From the IMG/VR virus record IMGVR_UViG_3300029181_000008, positions 1-41,672 of that record: 41,672 nucleotides of DNA; one strand, given 5' to 3'. The notes beneath the pieces are model-generated. The model was given only the letters and a program-made list of their open reading frames with translations. It did no database searches and was not told where the DNA came from. This stretch comes from a virus. The first letter of the stretch is position 1; the number at the start of each line of letters is the position of its first letter. This document shows, one piece after another, positions 1 to 6,775 of this stretch. A program made the position numbers and the translations under genes.

Positions 1-99
1 AGAGAGTTGATAAGCACAACTCGGTAATTGAGCGGACTTACGAGCTTGAAAAGAATATGGCAGTTGTGATGGAGAAAATCGGTGTGGCAAACCACCGAA
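1..99. repeat. Terminal direct repeat, copy 1 (identical to 41574..41672)
   Basis: Base-by-base comparison gives an exact 99-nt match between the window start and end. Confidence 0.95.
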
Positions 100-134
100 T
101 CCATGACTTAGAACAGGAGGAAAAAGAGGAATGA
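1..134 (+). CDS. 3' part of the junction-spanning BhlA/UviB-like holin-family membrane protein (5' part at 41441..41672)
   Basis: Joining 41441..41672 to 100..134 gives an 88-aa ORF (MALLETLIPACISAGVTLLVCLINN...HDLEQEEKEE) with an N-terminal TM helix plus coiled coil. Its stop overlaps the next start (ATGA at 131-134). Confidence 0.7.
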   Translation, partial: RVDKHNSVIERTYELEKNMAVVMEKIGVANHRIHDLEQEEKEE

Positions 135-319
135 AGAAGTGGTTAAAAACCGTAGGTATCAGATGCGTTAAGACTATGGCGCAGGCAGCAATTGGAGTCA
201 TTGGCTCCTCTGCCATGCTTGCCGAGGTAGACTGGAAGGTGTGCCTATCAACCGTTGTGTTAGCAGGTATCACTTGCATCTTGATGAACGTAAGCCAGAT
301 CAAGGAAACGGAGGTATGA
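131..319 (+). CDS. Holin (small two-TM protein)
   Basis: 62 aa with two hydrophobic segments (AQAAIGVIGSSAML, LSTVVLAGITCILM). It sits immediately upstream of the endolysin. Confidence 0.75.
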   Translation: MKKWLKTVGIRCVKTMAQAAIGVIGSSAMLAEVDWKVCLSTVVLAGITCILMNVSQIKETEV

Positions 320-320
320 T

Positions 321-524
321 ATGTTAGCTATGCTTAAAACGTACACAGAAAAGGAAATTGAACAGGCGAAGGTACTGCTTGAAAAGATGCGTGATAACTG
401 CATAAGAAAAGATACTGATGCTTACGATGATCCAGAGCGAGGAAAGAAGAAGAAAGCTCTGGAAATGGCATTGGAAGGGTTGAGAAGATTGCCAAGAGAA
501 TTTGGAGAAGGCAGGGAAAAATAA
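321..524 (+). CDS. Hypothetical small charged helical protein in the lysis cassette
   Basis: 67-aa ORF packed tightly between holin and endolysin. No recognisable motif. Confidence 0.55.
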   Translation: MLAMLKTYTEKEIEQAKVLLEKMRDNCIRKDTDAYDDPERGKKKKALEMALEGLRRLPREFGEGREK

Positions 525-533
525 GGAGAAAAT

Positions 534-1514
534 ATGGTAAGAATCGGGTCTGCGAGAATTGACGAGAGTGGAAAATTGAAGGGCGGACAGCCTGGCGACC
601 AGACAGGGCAGGAAGTGGCGATTGAGCCATGGTATCTGCACGATAAGGGGTGGATAGTCATCCGTGCCAAAGATGCAGCAGTGCGTGAGCGTATCGCACA
701 GTGCATGGAAGCAGCGTGCGCAAATAATAATGTTGGCTATGATCAGTCTACGTCTTGGGATTTGTACGATAAGGCTAAGCAGTACGGATGGGATTGCAGC
801 AAGGTTAACACCCCAGTGGAGACAGACTGTAGCAGCCTTGTACGTGTATGTGTAGCTTTTGCTATTGGCAAGGATGTGCCGTGGTTTTCAACAGCTAATC
901 AGGTGCTTGTACTTGATGCAACAAAGCTTTTTGATGTTATTACAGATACAAGTGTTACCAATCATGATACCGCCCTTAAACGTGGGGATATTCTCTGCAC
1001 ACGCACACAGGGGCACACCGTGGTAGTCCTTGATAACGGATCGGCAGTAAGCGGCAGCACCTCAAAGCCATTAGAGGGCAATACAAGCTTCTGCGGCAAG
1101 GGTATCGGAACAGCAGTTGCAAAGACTGCAATGCATATTAGAGACGGAGCAAAAGGCTCTGCAAACTCTCTTGCTATCATCCAAAAGGGAACGGCAGTAG
1201 AAGTACTTGAAGTAACCGCTGATTTTTGGTACAAAATCGTGTGGCCAGGTGCATCATGTGGCTACGCATATACTAAGGGCGGTGAAGTGTACTACGATTA
1301 CACAGCCATTAAGTCTACAGCTATCAACGTGGGCGATACGGTATACTTTTTTGGTGGAGCGCAGTATATCTCCGCATGGGCTACAACACCAGTAGCAGCA
1401 AAAGCAGGACACGCAAAAGTTACGCAGCTTTGCGCAACTGGCAAGCATAACTATCATATTGTAGGCGATGGTGTCTACGGTTGGGTAGATGGAAACACGC
1501 TGAAAAAGGAGTAA
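534..1514 (+). CDS. Endolysin: N-terminal papain-fold (NlpC/P60- or CHAP-like) cysteine peptidase plus C-terminal SH3b-like wall-binding repeats
   Basis: Has a candidate catalytic Cys (ETDCSSLV) and His (QGHTVVVLD). The C-terminal half contains SH3b-like segments (AMHIRDGAKGS...WYKIVWPG and GDTVYFFGG...VYGWVDGNTL). It lies next to the holin. Confidence 0.8.
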   Translation: MVRIGSARIDESGKLKGGQPGDQTGQEVAIEPWYLHDKGWIVIRAKDAAVRERIAQCMEAACANNNVGYDQSTSWDLYDKAKQYGWDCSKVNTPVETDCSSLVRVCVAFAIGKDVPWFSTANQVLVLDATKLFDVITDTSVTNHDTALKRGDILCTRTQGHTVVVLDNGSAVSGSTSKPLEGNTSFCGKGIGTAVAKTAMHIRDGAKGSANSLAIIQKGTAVEVLEVTADFWYKIVWPGASCGYAYTKGGEVYYDYTAIKSTAINVGDTVYFFGGAQYISAWATTPVAAKAGHAKVTQLCATGKHNYHIVGDGVYGWVDGNTLKKE

Positions 1515-1516
1515 GT

Positions 1517-1657
1517 ATGGATGCAAAGAGAATGCTTTTGAAGGATGCGATTGAAACAGCAATCCGCACTGAACGGCAGCTAATTCATTGCCGCCTTGCG
1601 TTAGTAGTCTCAGCTCTTGCCAATGCTGCCTTGATTGCTTATATAGTAGTGAGGTAG
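1517..1657 (+). CDS. Small C-terminally membrane-anchored protein (possible lysis accessory)
   Basis: 46-aa ORF MDAKRMLLKDAIETAIRTERQLIHCRLALVVSALANAALIAYIVVR, below the ORF-track cutoff. It starts 3 nt after the endolysin stop and has a hydrophobic C-terminal tail. Confidence 0.4.
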   Translation: MDAKRMLLKDAIETAIRTERQLIHCRLALVVSALANAALIAYIVVR

Positions 1658-1662
1658 CGTAT

Positions 1663-1920
1663 ATGGATAGAGGGCTTGTTAAGGTATTTTGGGGATGCGG
1701 TGACAATGGTATAATCGAGTATGCCCTGATGAGGGCGCGACTGAATCGGAAGGAGAAAGAGGCAGTAACTTATCTTCTGGATGAGTGTATGTCTCAAGAG
1801 GAAGCAGCGGAAAAGATGTGCGTAAGTACGCGAAGATTTCAAGAGTACTGGTACGCGGCATCTGACAAGCTGCTGTCTCTTCCGTGGCTTGCGGCTTATG
1901 CGGAAGAACTGAAAAAATAG
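1663..1920 (+). CDS. Small sigma-70-region-4/LuxR-like HTH regulator
   Basis: Internal ATG of ORF 1588..1920. The segment LNRKEKEAVTYLLDECMSQEEAAEKMCVSTRRFQEYW has a region-4-like HTH pattern. Confidence 0.6.
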   Translation: MDRGLVKVFWGCGDNGIIEYALMRARLNRKEKEAVTYLLDECMSQEEAAEKMCVSTRRFQEYWYAASDKLLSLPWLAAYAEELKK

Positions 1921-1924
1921 CATG

Positions 1925-1950
1925 GGTGGGGGATTTCCTCCACCTTTTGC
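1925..1950 (+). terminator. Rho-independent terminator after the HTH gene
   Basis: 8-bp stem ggtggggg/cctccacc (one G-U pair), 4-nt loop, then TTTT. Confidence 0.6.
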
Positions 1951-1951
1951 G

Positions 1952-1980
1952 TTGACGTAATGAAAAAATAGTGATATTGT
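1952..1980 (+). promoter_or_regulatory. Sigma-A-type promoter of the secreted-protein moron
   Basis: TTGACG (1952-1957), 17-nt spacer, TG-extended TATTGT (1975-1980). Confidence 0.6.
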
Positions 1981-2013
1981 AGAAGGGCAGAAAAGAAAAT
2001 GGAGGGACACACA

Positions 2014-2583
2014 ATGAGAAAATCTTTGTACGCATTAACCATGGCACTTGCGCTTGCAGTATCTACAGCCCCAGTAATGGCAGAAGAAACAAGCACAGAA
2101 GAAGGAGCTGAGATTGCAGCAGACGAGAACACAGTAGAGGGTATCGAAGCAATGATTCAGCAACTTGAAAAGCAGATTGCGGAATTGAAGCAGAAGTTAA
2201 AAGAGCTTCGAGGAGAGGATGCAATTCAGGAGGGAGATATCGTATATCAGGACGATATGGTAATCATTACCTACAATGGCATATCTGATGAGTATGGACG
2301 ATATGATATCATGCTTACTGCCGAGAATTTGACTGATAAAAAAATTCGTGTGCAGACATCTGATACATCAATCAATGGCTACATGACATACCAAATGTTT
2401 TCTGTTGGCTTAGAAGCCAATAAAAAATCGAAGGGAACGCTTACTATTGATGACAGTGTAGAGGTTGAAAATATCGAAGATTTGCAGAATGTAGAGACAA
2501 AAATTCAAGTATTGGATGATACTACATATGAAGAGCTTCTTCTTACTGACCCAATTACTATCAATTTCAACATTGAAAAATAA
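2014..2583 (+). CDS. Secreted protein (signal peptide, coiled coil, beta-rich domain); moron
   Basis: GGAGGG RBS lies 6 nt before ATG 2014. MRKSLYALTMALALAVSTAPVMA-EE is a signal-peptidase-I type leader with no lipobox Cys. Confidence 0.75.
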   Translation: MRKSLYALTMALALAVSTAPVMAEETSTEEGAEIAADENTVEGIEAMIQQLEKQIAELKQKLKELRGEDAIQEGDIVYQDDMVIITYNGISDEYGRYDIMLTAENLTDKKIRVQTSDTSINGYMTYQMFSVGLEANKKSKGTLTIDDSVEVENIEDLQNVETKIQVLDDTTYEELLLTDPITINFNIEK

Positions 2584-2592
2584 AAAAATGAG

Positions 2593-2624
2593 AGAGCTTG
2601 CCAGAAACGGCAGGCTCTTTTTTT
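2593..2624 (+). terminator. Rho-independent terminator
   Basis: 10-bp stem agagcttgcc/ggcaggctct, loop agaaac, followed by T7. Confidence 0.8.
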
Positions 2625-2651
2625 ATGCGTAAAATCATCGTGCCTGCATCG

Positions 2652-2680
2652 TGTCTTTTCTCCCCTGCATGTGTGATAAT
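2652..2680 (+). promoter_or_regulatory. Possible promoter of the cargo operon (weak -35, extended -10)
   Basis: TGTCTT, 17 nt, then TGtGATAAT (2672-2680). The leader to RBS GGAGGG (2689-2694) would be very short. Confidence 0.3.
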
Positions 2681-2702
2681 ACAGCCATGGAGGGAAGAAC
2701 GC

Positions 2703-3086
2703 ATGTATAAAAGATATAATCCAAACCCAGTTGCAGCAAGAGTAGGAGATTGCACCGTCAGGGCATTATGCAAGGCTCTTGATCAGGACTGGGACAAGAC
2801 CTACTTACAACTTTGCGTGCAGGGCTTGCTGATGGCTGATATGCCGTCTGCAAATGCAGTGTGGGGCGCATACCTGCATGACGAAGGTTTTAGGCGAGGT
2901 ATAGTCTCTGAGGCTTGCCCTATCTGCTATAACGTTGCATCATTTGCGGCAGAACATCCACAAGGGGTGTATGTATTGGCACTGGGAAGCCATGTTGTAA
3001 CTGTGGTTGATGGTGATTATTATGATACATGGGACTCAGGGCAGGAAATCCCCCTCTACTTTTGGGAAAGGAGTGATGAGAAGTGA
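2703..3086 (+). CDS. Small Cys-His-Asp enzyme (papain/transglutaminase-like fold predicted); first gene of the cargo operon
   Basis: Internal ATG with a GGAGGG RBS. Ordered motifs are GDCTVRA (Cys), GSHVVTV (His) and YYDTWDSG (Asp). Confidence 0.65.
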   Translation: MYKRYNPNPVAARVGDCTVRALCKALDQDWDKTYLQLCVQGLLMADMPSANAVWGAYLHDEGFRRGIVSEACPICYNVASFAAEHPQGVYVLALGSHVVTVVDGDYYDTWDSGQEIPLYFWERSDEK

Positions 3087-3568
3087 GTTACCCCTACTAT
3101 GGCTATCAAAATTTTGGGCAACCGTATAGCCCACCCGTGCCAGATCAGCTAGCACAGATGAGAATGCAGCAGAGTCCACAAATGCAGGGCTATCAGAATT
3201 TTGGGCAACAGCAGCCTCAGCCCTCTGCGGACGACCGTATTTGGGTTCAAGGGCAGAATGCAGCAGAAGCCTATCTTGTAGCTGCTAATGGATTTGTGAG
3301 ACTGTGGGATAGTAGCCGACAAGTTTTCTACGAGAAACGAGCTGACAGCTCTGGACGACCTTACATGGAAACGTATGAGTATCAGCGCAAGGGTGCGGAA
3401 TCGCCCAACGTAGGCACGGAGACGCAGAAGCAAGCTGTTGACTACTCAAAAGAGATAAGCGGCTTAAAGCAGCGTTTAGCGGCTCTGGAAGCACACTTTA
3501 AGAACGGAGGTAGTGTAGATGCAATTTCAAAATCCAATGCAGATGATACAGCAATTCCAACAGTTTAA
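3083..3568 (+). CDS. Gln/Pro-rich N-terminus plus small beta domain protein
   Basis: GTG start overlaps the upstream stop (GTGA). GYQNFGQ is duplicated in a Q-rich first ~50 aa, followed by IWVQGQNAAEAYLVAANGFVRLWD. Confidence 0.65.
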   Translation: MSYPYYGYQNFGQPYSPPVPDQLAQMRMQQSPQMQGYQNFGQQQPQPSADDRIWVQGQNAAEAYLVAANGFVRLWDSSRQVFYEKRADSSGRPYMETYEYQRKGAESPNVGTETQKQAVDYSKEISGLKQRLAALEAHFKNGGSVDAISKSNADDTAIPTV

Positions 3569-3704
3569 AAAAGCATTTACTGGTGATCCCAAAGCAGAGG
3601 TTCAGAAGCTTCTTACCTCTGGGAAAATCAATCAGCAACAGCTCAATCAGTTGCAAGCAATGGCGCAACAGTTTCAAGGGTTGTTAAATAGCAATGGTAA
3701 GTAA
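3519..3704 (+). CDS. Small Gln-rich helical protein
   Basis: GGAGG RBS lies 7 nt before the ATG. 61 aa with QQFQQF, QQQLNQLQAMAQQFQ. Overlaps the previous gene by 50 nt out of frame. Confidence 0.6.
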   Translation: MQFQNPMQMIQQFQQFKKAFTGDPKAEVQKLLTSGKINQQQLNQLQAMAQQFQGLLNSNGK

Positions 3705-3757
3705 ATCACGCAAAATGCGTTGATTATACAAAAAAAACTCAGAAAGGAGAAAAATTT

Positions 3758-4612
3758 ATGAGTTTAACAAGTGAAAGTATGACTCCTGCCGATATCGCAG
3801 CCGTAACAGGTAATAACGGTAACGGAATGTGGGGTGATGGTGGTGCATGGTGGATCATCATTCTTTTCCTCTTCGTGTTCTGCGGTTGGGGAAACGGTAA
3901 CGGATGGGGAAACAACGGAGGTGCAGGCGCGGCTGATAACTACGTTTTAGCAAGCGATTTTGCAACCTTACAGCGACAGATCGACAGCTCTACAGCGTCA
4001 TTAGAGCGCAAATCCGATGCGATCAACAGTGGACTCTGTGATGGCTTTTACGCGATGAATACCACCGCTTTAAACGGCTTCTCAGGTGTCAACCAGAATC
4101 TTAGTAACGGCTTTGCACAGGCTGAATTGTCTCGTGCTAACGGACAGATGGGCTTAATGCAGCAGATGAACGCTAACAACATCACGGCTATGCAGAATGC
4201 CAACGCTTTGCAGTCTCAGCTTGCACAGTGCTGCTGCGATAACCGAGAGGCTATCTCTGGTGTGAACTACAACATGGCGATGAATACCAATGCCTTGCAG
4301 CACAGTGTAGAATCTGGATTCTGCCAGACGAACTACAACAACGCTTCCAATACGCGCGATATCATCGACAACCAGAACAGCAACGCAAGAGCGATCCTTG
4401 ATGCACTGAATGCACAGCAGATTGCGGCAAAAGATGCGAAGATTGCCGAGCAGAATCAGCAGATTTTTGGCTTGCAGCTTGCAGCATCTCAGCAGGCACA
4501 GAACAATTACTTAGTTCAGACACTTAAACCTGCACCAGTTCCGAGCTTTCCTGCTGGACAGCTCTACGGCTACATGGGTGGCTGCTGCAATCCGTGCAAT
4601 AGCTGTTCCTGA
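3758..4612 (+). CDS. Membrane-anchored Asn/Gln-rich, Cys-cluster protein
   Basis: AGGAG RBS. One TM helix (GAWWIIILFLFVFCGW) is flanked by a GNGNGWGNNGG tract. Has internal CCC (QCCCDN) and a C-terminal GGCCNPCNSCS. Confidence 0.7.
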   Translation: MSLTSESMTPADIAAVTGNNGNGMWGDGGAWWIIILFLFVFCGWGNGNGWGNNGGAGAADNYVLASDFATLQRQIDSSTASLERKSDAINSGLCDGFYAMNTTALNGFSGVNQNLSNGFAQAELSRANGQMGLMQQMNANNITAMQNANALQSQLAQCCCDNREAISGVNYNMAMNTNALQHSVESGFCQTNYNNASNTRDIIDNQNSNARAILDALNAQQIAAKDAKIAEQNQQIFGLQLAASQQAQNNYLVQTLKPAPVPSFPAGQLYGYMGGCCNPCNSCS

Positions 4613-4627
4613 TAGGGGGTGGCGAGT

Positions 4628-5038
4628 ATGGCAGAATATACGTTAACCACACCTACAGCCGTCCCTCTGGGCGGTGCAGTGCCATATACCAACACAATTA
4701 TCAAGGGTTGCTGTAACATCAAGCATAGAGCAGGTTCAGGGCAGGTGACTGTCAAGGGCGGCACTTGCTGCAACCCTGCAAAGTACCTCGTGTACTTTCA
4801 CGCCAACGTAACAGGAGTTGCAGGAGCAATTCAGCTTGCGCTGTTTTTGGATGGCGAGAGGCTTCCAGAAACCTTGATGGCTGTTGTTCCTGCCGCTGCG
4901 ACTGACGTTTGGTCAGTGAGTGCAGAAACTGAATTTTGCGTGGACTGCTGCTGTGGCACAGTCTCAGCAAGAGTAGTAGAGGGTGCAACGGTTACAGTTA
5001 ATACAGCGGAAATAATCGTGAAAAAGGAGGTGGCATAA
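4628..5038 (+). CDS. Cys-cluster beta-sandwich protein, BclA-C-terminal/C1q-like pattern
   Basis: ATG 4628 lies 8 nt after AGGGGG (the ORF track starts at GTG 4619). Pattern is KYLVYFHANVTG...IQLALFLDGERL with CC, CC and CCC clusters. Confidence 0.6.
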   Translation: MAEYTLTTPTAVPLGGAVPYTNTIIKGCCNIKHRAGSGQVTVKGGTCCNPAKYLVYFHANVTGVAGAIQLALFLDGERLPETLMAVVPAAATDVWSVSAETEFCVDCCCGTVSARVVEGATVTVNTAEIIVKKEVA

Positions 5039-5433
5039 TGGGAACAATGGAAGATTTAAAACGCATGATTTGCACAGAACTTGAAGAAATCGCCAAAAAG
5101 GGTGAAATGTCCGCAGGCGATCTTGATACAGTATACAAGCTCATCGTATCGAAGGAAAAGCTTCTGCGCATTGACGAGCTTGAAGAAAAGCTTGGCTATA
5201 GCGAAGACGGCAGAAAATGGAGATACAGCAGAGACGGAGAGCCAGATGGCGGCAGCAGCTATGGACGGCATTATGTGAGGGCACACTACAGCAGAGACGG
5301 TAGAGGACGCTACAGCATGGATGAGGGACGCACGATGCTTGCAGATCAGATCAGAGATATGATTGATAACAGTGATCTGAGCCAGAACCAGAAAGGCGCA
5401 CTCAGAAAGGCAATGGAAGCTTTGCAGGAGTGA
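5038..5433 (+). CDS. Helical protein with a central Arg/Gly/Tyr-rich YSRDG-repeat segment
   Basis: AAGGAGG RBS. Start overlaps the upstream stop (TAATG). Contains RYSRDG...HYSRDGRGRYSMDEG. Confidence 0.65.
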   Translation: MGTMEDLKRMICTELEEIAKKGEMSAGDLDTVYKLIVSKEKLLRIDELEEKLGYSEDGRKWRYSRDGEPDGGSSYGRHYVRAHYSRDGRGRYSMDEGRTMLADQIRDMIDNSDLSQNQKGALRKAMEALQE

Positions 5434-5454
5434 TGATGGAAAGGGGGTAGAGCG

Positions 5455-5778
5455 ATGCTTGATATGGACGAGATAAAAAGTGAGATTGCACGGCTTGAAA
5501 ATGGAAATATCACCTTTTCAACTGTGGAAAAGCTTGCTATGCTCTACATAGTGCAAGAGCGCAACTCCCCTATACCAGAACCAGAGCCAGTTGAGATACA
5601 GCAAATGCCAAAGTATGCGTATGCAGCCGCACCAACTGCCCCTAAATCTGATTTTTTAGAGGCGGTTGGAAAAGTACCGATAGAAAAAGCCTTAGATGTA
5701 CTGGATGAGCATATGGAAGCAATAAAGCTGCTATATCCTAAGGAGTACAAGGCTGTGATAAACAAAATATTGGCATAA
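5455..5778 (+). CDS. Hypothetical protein, last gene of the cargo operon
   Basis: AAGGGGG RBS. 107 aa with a Pro/Glu linker (PIPEPEPVEIQQ). Confidence 0.6.
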   Translation: MLDMDEIKSEIARLENGNITFSTVEKLAMLYIVQERNSPIPEPEPVEIQQMPKYAYAAAPTAPKSDFLEAVGKVPIEKALDVLDEHMEAIKLLYPKEYKAVINKILA

Positions 5779-5783
5779 AAAAG

Positions 5784-5811
5784 AAGAGGGTAGCAGTTGT
5801 GCTTCCCTCTT
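5784..5811. terminator. Bidirectional terminator between the convergent cargo operon and the minus-strand cassette
   Basis: Stem aagagggtagc/gcttccctctt (one mismatch). An A-run lies upstream, giving a U-run on the minus-strand RNA, and the + side is T-rich. Confidence 0.65.
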
Positions 5812-5830
5812 TCGACTTTTAAAATCTTAC

Positions 5831-6016
5831 CTACAATTCAACAACAATATTGGCTGAATCTTGAATCACTGCACGCTCCAATAGTGCAGCCACATAATCT
5901 GGACAACTGCGCTTGCCCTGCTCCCATGATTGCAAGGTGCGTGGTGGGATTCCATACCTTTTGCAAAATTCTTGCTGTGTGTCTCCTAACATCGCTCGCA
6001 TTTCTCGAATTTCCAT
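5831..6016 (-). CDS. XRE-family HTH protein (antitoxin-like short form)
   Basis: MEIREMRAMLGDTQQEFCKRYGIPPRTLQSWEQGKR is a classic HTH_XRE pattern. The start abuts the upstream stop. Confidence 0.8.
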   Translation of the reverse strand: MEIREMRAMLGDTQQEFCKRYGIPPRTLQSWEQGKRSCPDYVAALLERAVIQDSANIVVEL

Positions 6017-6775
6017 TTACTTTTTATCCTGCCTTTCCTTAATATCCTTTGCTTTGTATTCTGATACAATTTCTTTGATTTTCAATTCCCAACCTTGATT
6101 TTCTTCCAAAAACTTTCCGAAAATTGCATCTTCGGCAGCTTTTCTTGCAGCCTTAGCGTTTTCAATATCTTTGTAAGCTCCAAGGGAGTATTGCTTGCCC
6201 TTAAAAGTAATGTATGCACGATAGCCACCGTGTCTCCCATAAGATACACCATTGATACCAGTTGTAGAGTTAGACCAAATCTTGCCTTCTTGAACTGATT
6301 TCGCAGCTGCAAGAGAAGAACCAGAAACCAAGAACTCTTTTCGCATGTCTTGCAAGAAGTTAGCGTTTTTCTTGTGGCATGAAGAACACTGTTTCATCTT
6401 CGGCAAGTTAGTTAGATATGCTTCTGTTTCTTGCCCACAAACGGGGCAGATTGCTTTACACATATATACCTTGTAGCCATTCATTTCTCGTTGCCATACA
6501 TCTAGCACTTTAAAACCATTTATTGTGCTGCCAATCTTGCTTTTTGCTTTCTTAGCAGAGTTCTCAGATGTTTTCTTTGCAGCCTTCTTGGCTGATTCCT
6601 CTTTGAATAGGCAACCGCAAGATAATGTGAGTCCTCTGGTTAAATTCCACTTGTACACATCTTTAACAGTTCCACATGCGCATTTGCAAGTGTAGTAGTT
6701 GGGTTTGGAAGAAGGGGCTATTACTTCCCAACTTCCAAATCTATCACCTGCTTGAAGATTATGCTTACTGCTCAT
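6017..6775 (-). CDS. DNA-binding protein with two Cys4 zinc-ribbon modules and a C-terminal AP2 domain
   Basis: Two CxC...CGC / CxxC...CxxC repeats are followed by GINGVSYGRHGGYRAYITFKGKQYSLGAYKDIENAKAARKAAE (AP2/ERF-like). Confidence 0.75.
   Translation of the reverse strand: MSSKHNLQAGDRFGSWEVIAPSSKPNYYTCKCACGTVKDVYKWNLTRGLTLSCGCLFKEESAKKAAKKTSENSAKKAKSKIGSTINGFKVLDVWQREMNGYKVYMCKAICPVCGQETEAYLTNLPKMKQCSSCHKKNANFLQDMRKEFLVSGSSLAAAKSVQEGKIWSNSTTGINGVSYGRHGGYRAYITFKGKQYSLGAYKDIENAKAARKAAEDAIFGKFLEENQGWELKIKEIVSEYKAKDIKERQDKK

Noticed and set aside
1-99. Terminal repeats interpreted as attL/attR or LTR-like ends of an integrated element.
   Set aside because: The repeat lies inside a coding sequence that reads through the junction, and no host flanking DNA is present. 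A circular-assembly overlap or circular permutation explains it.
5797-6098. Plus-strand ORFs 5797..6042 and 5913..6098.
   Set aside because: They are antisense to the XRE and AP2 genes and begin inside the bidirectional terminator. They have no RBS.
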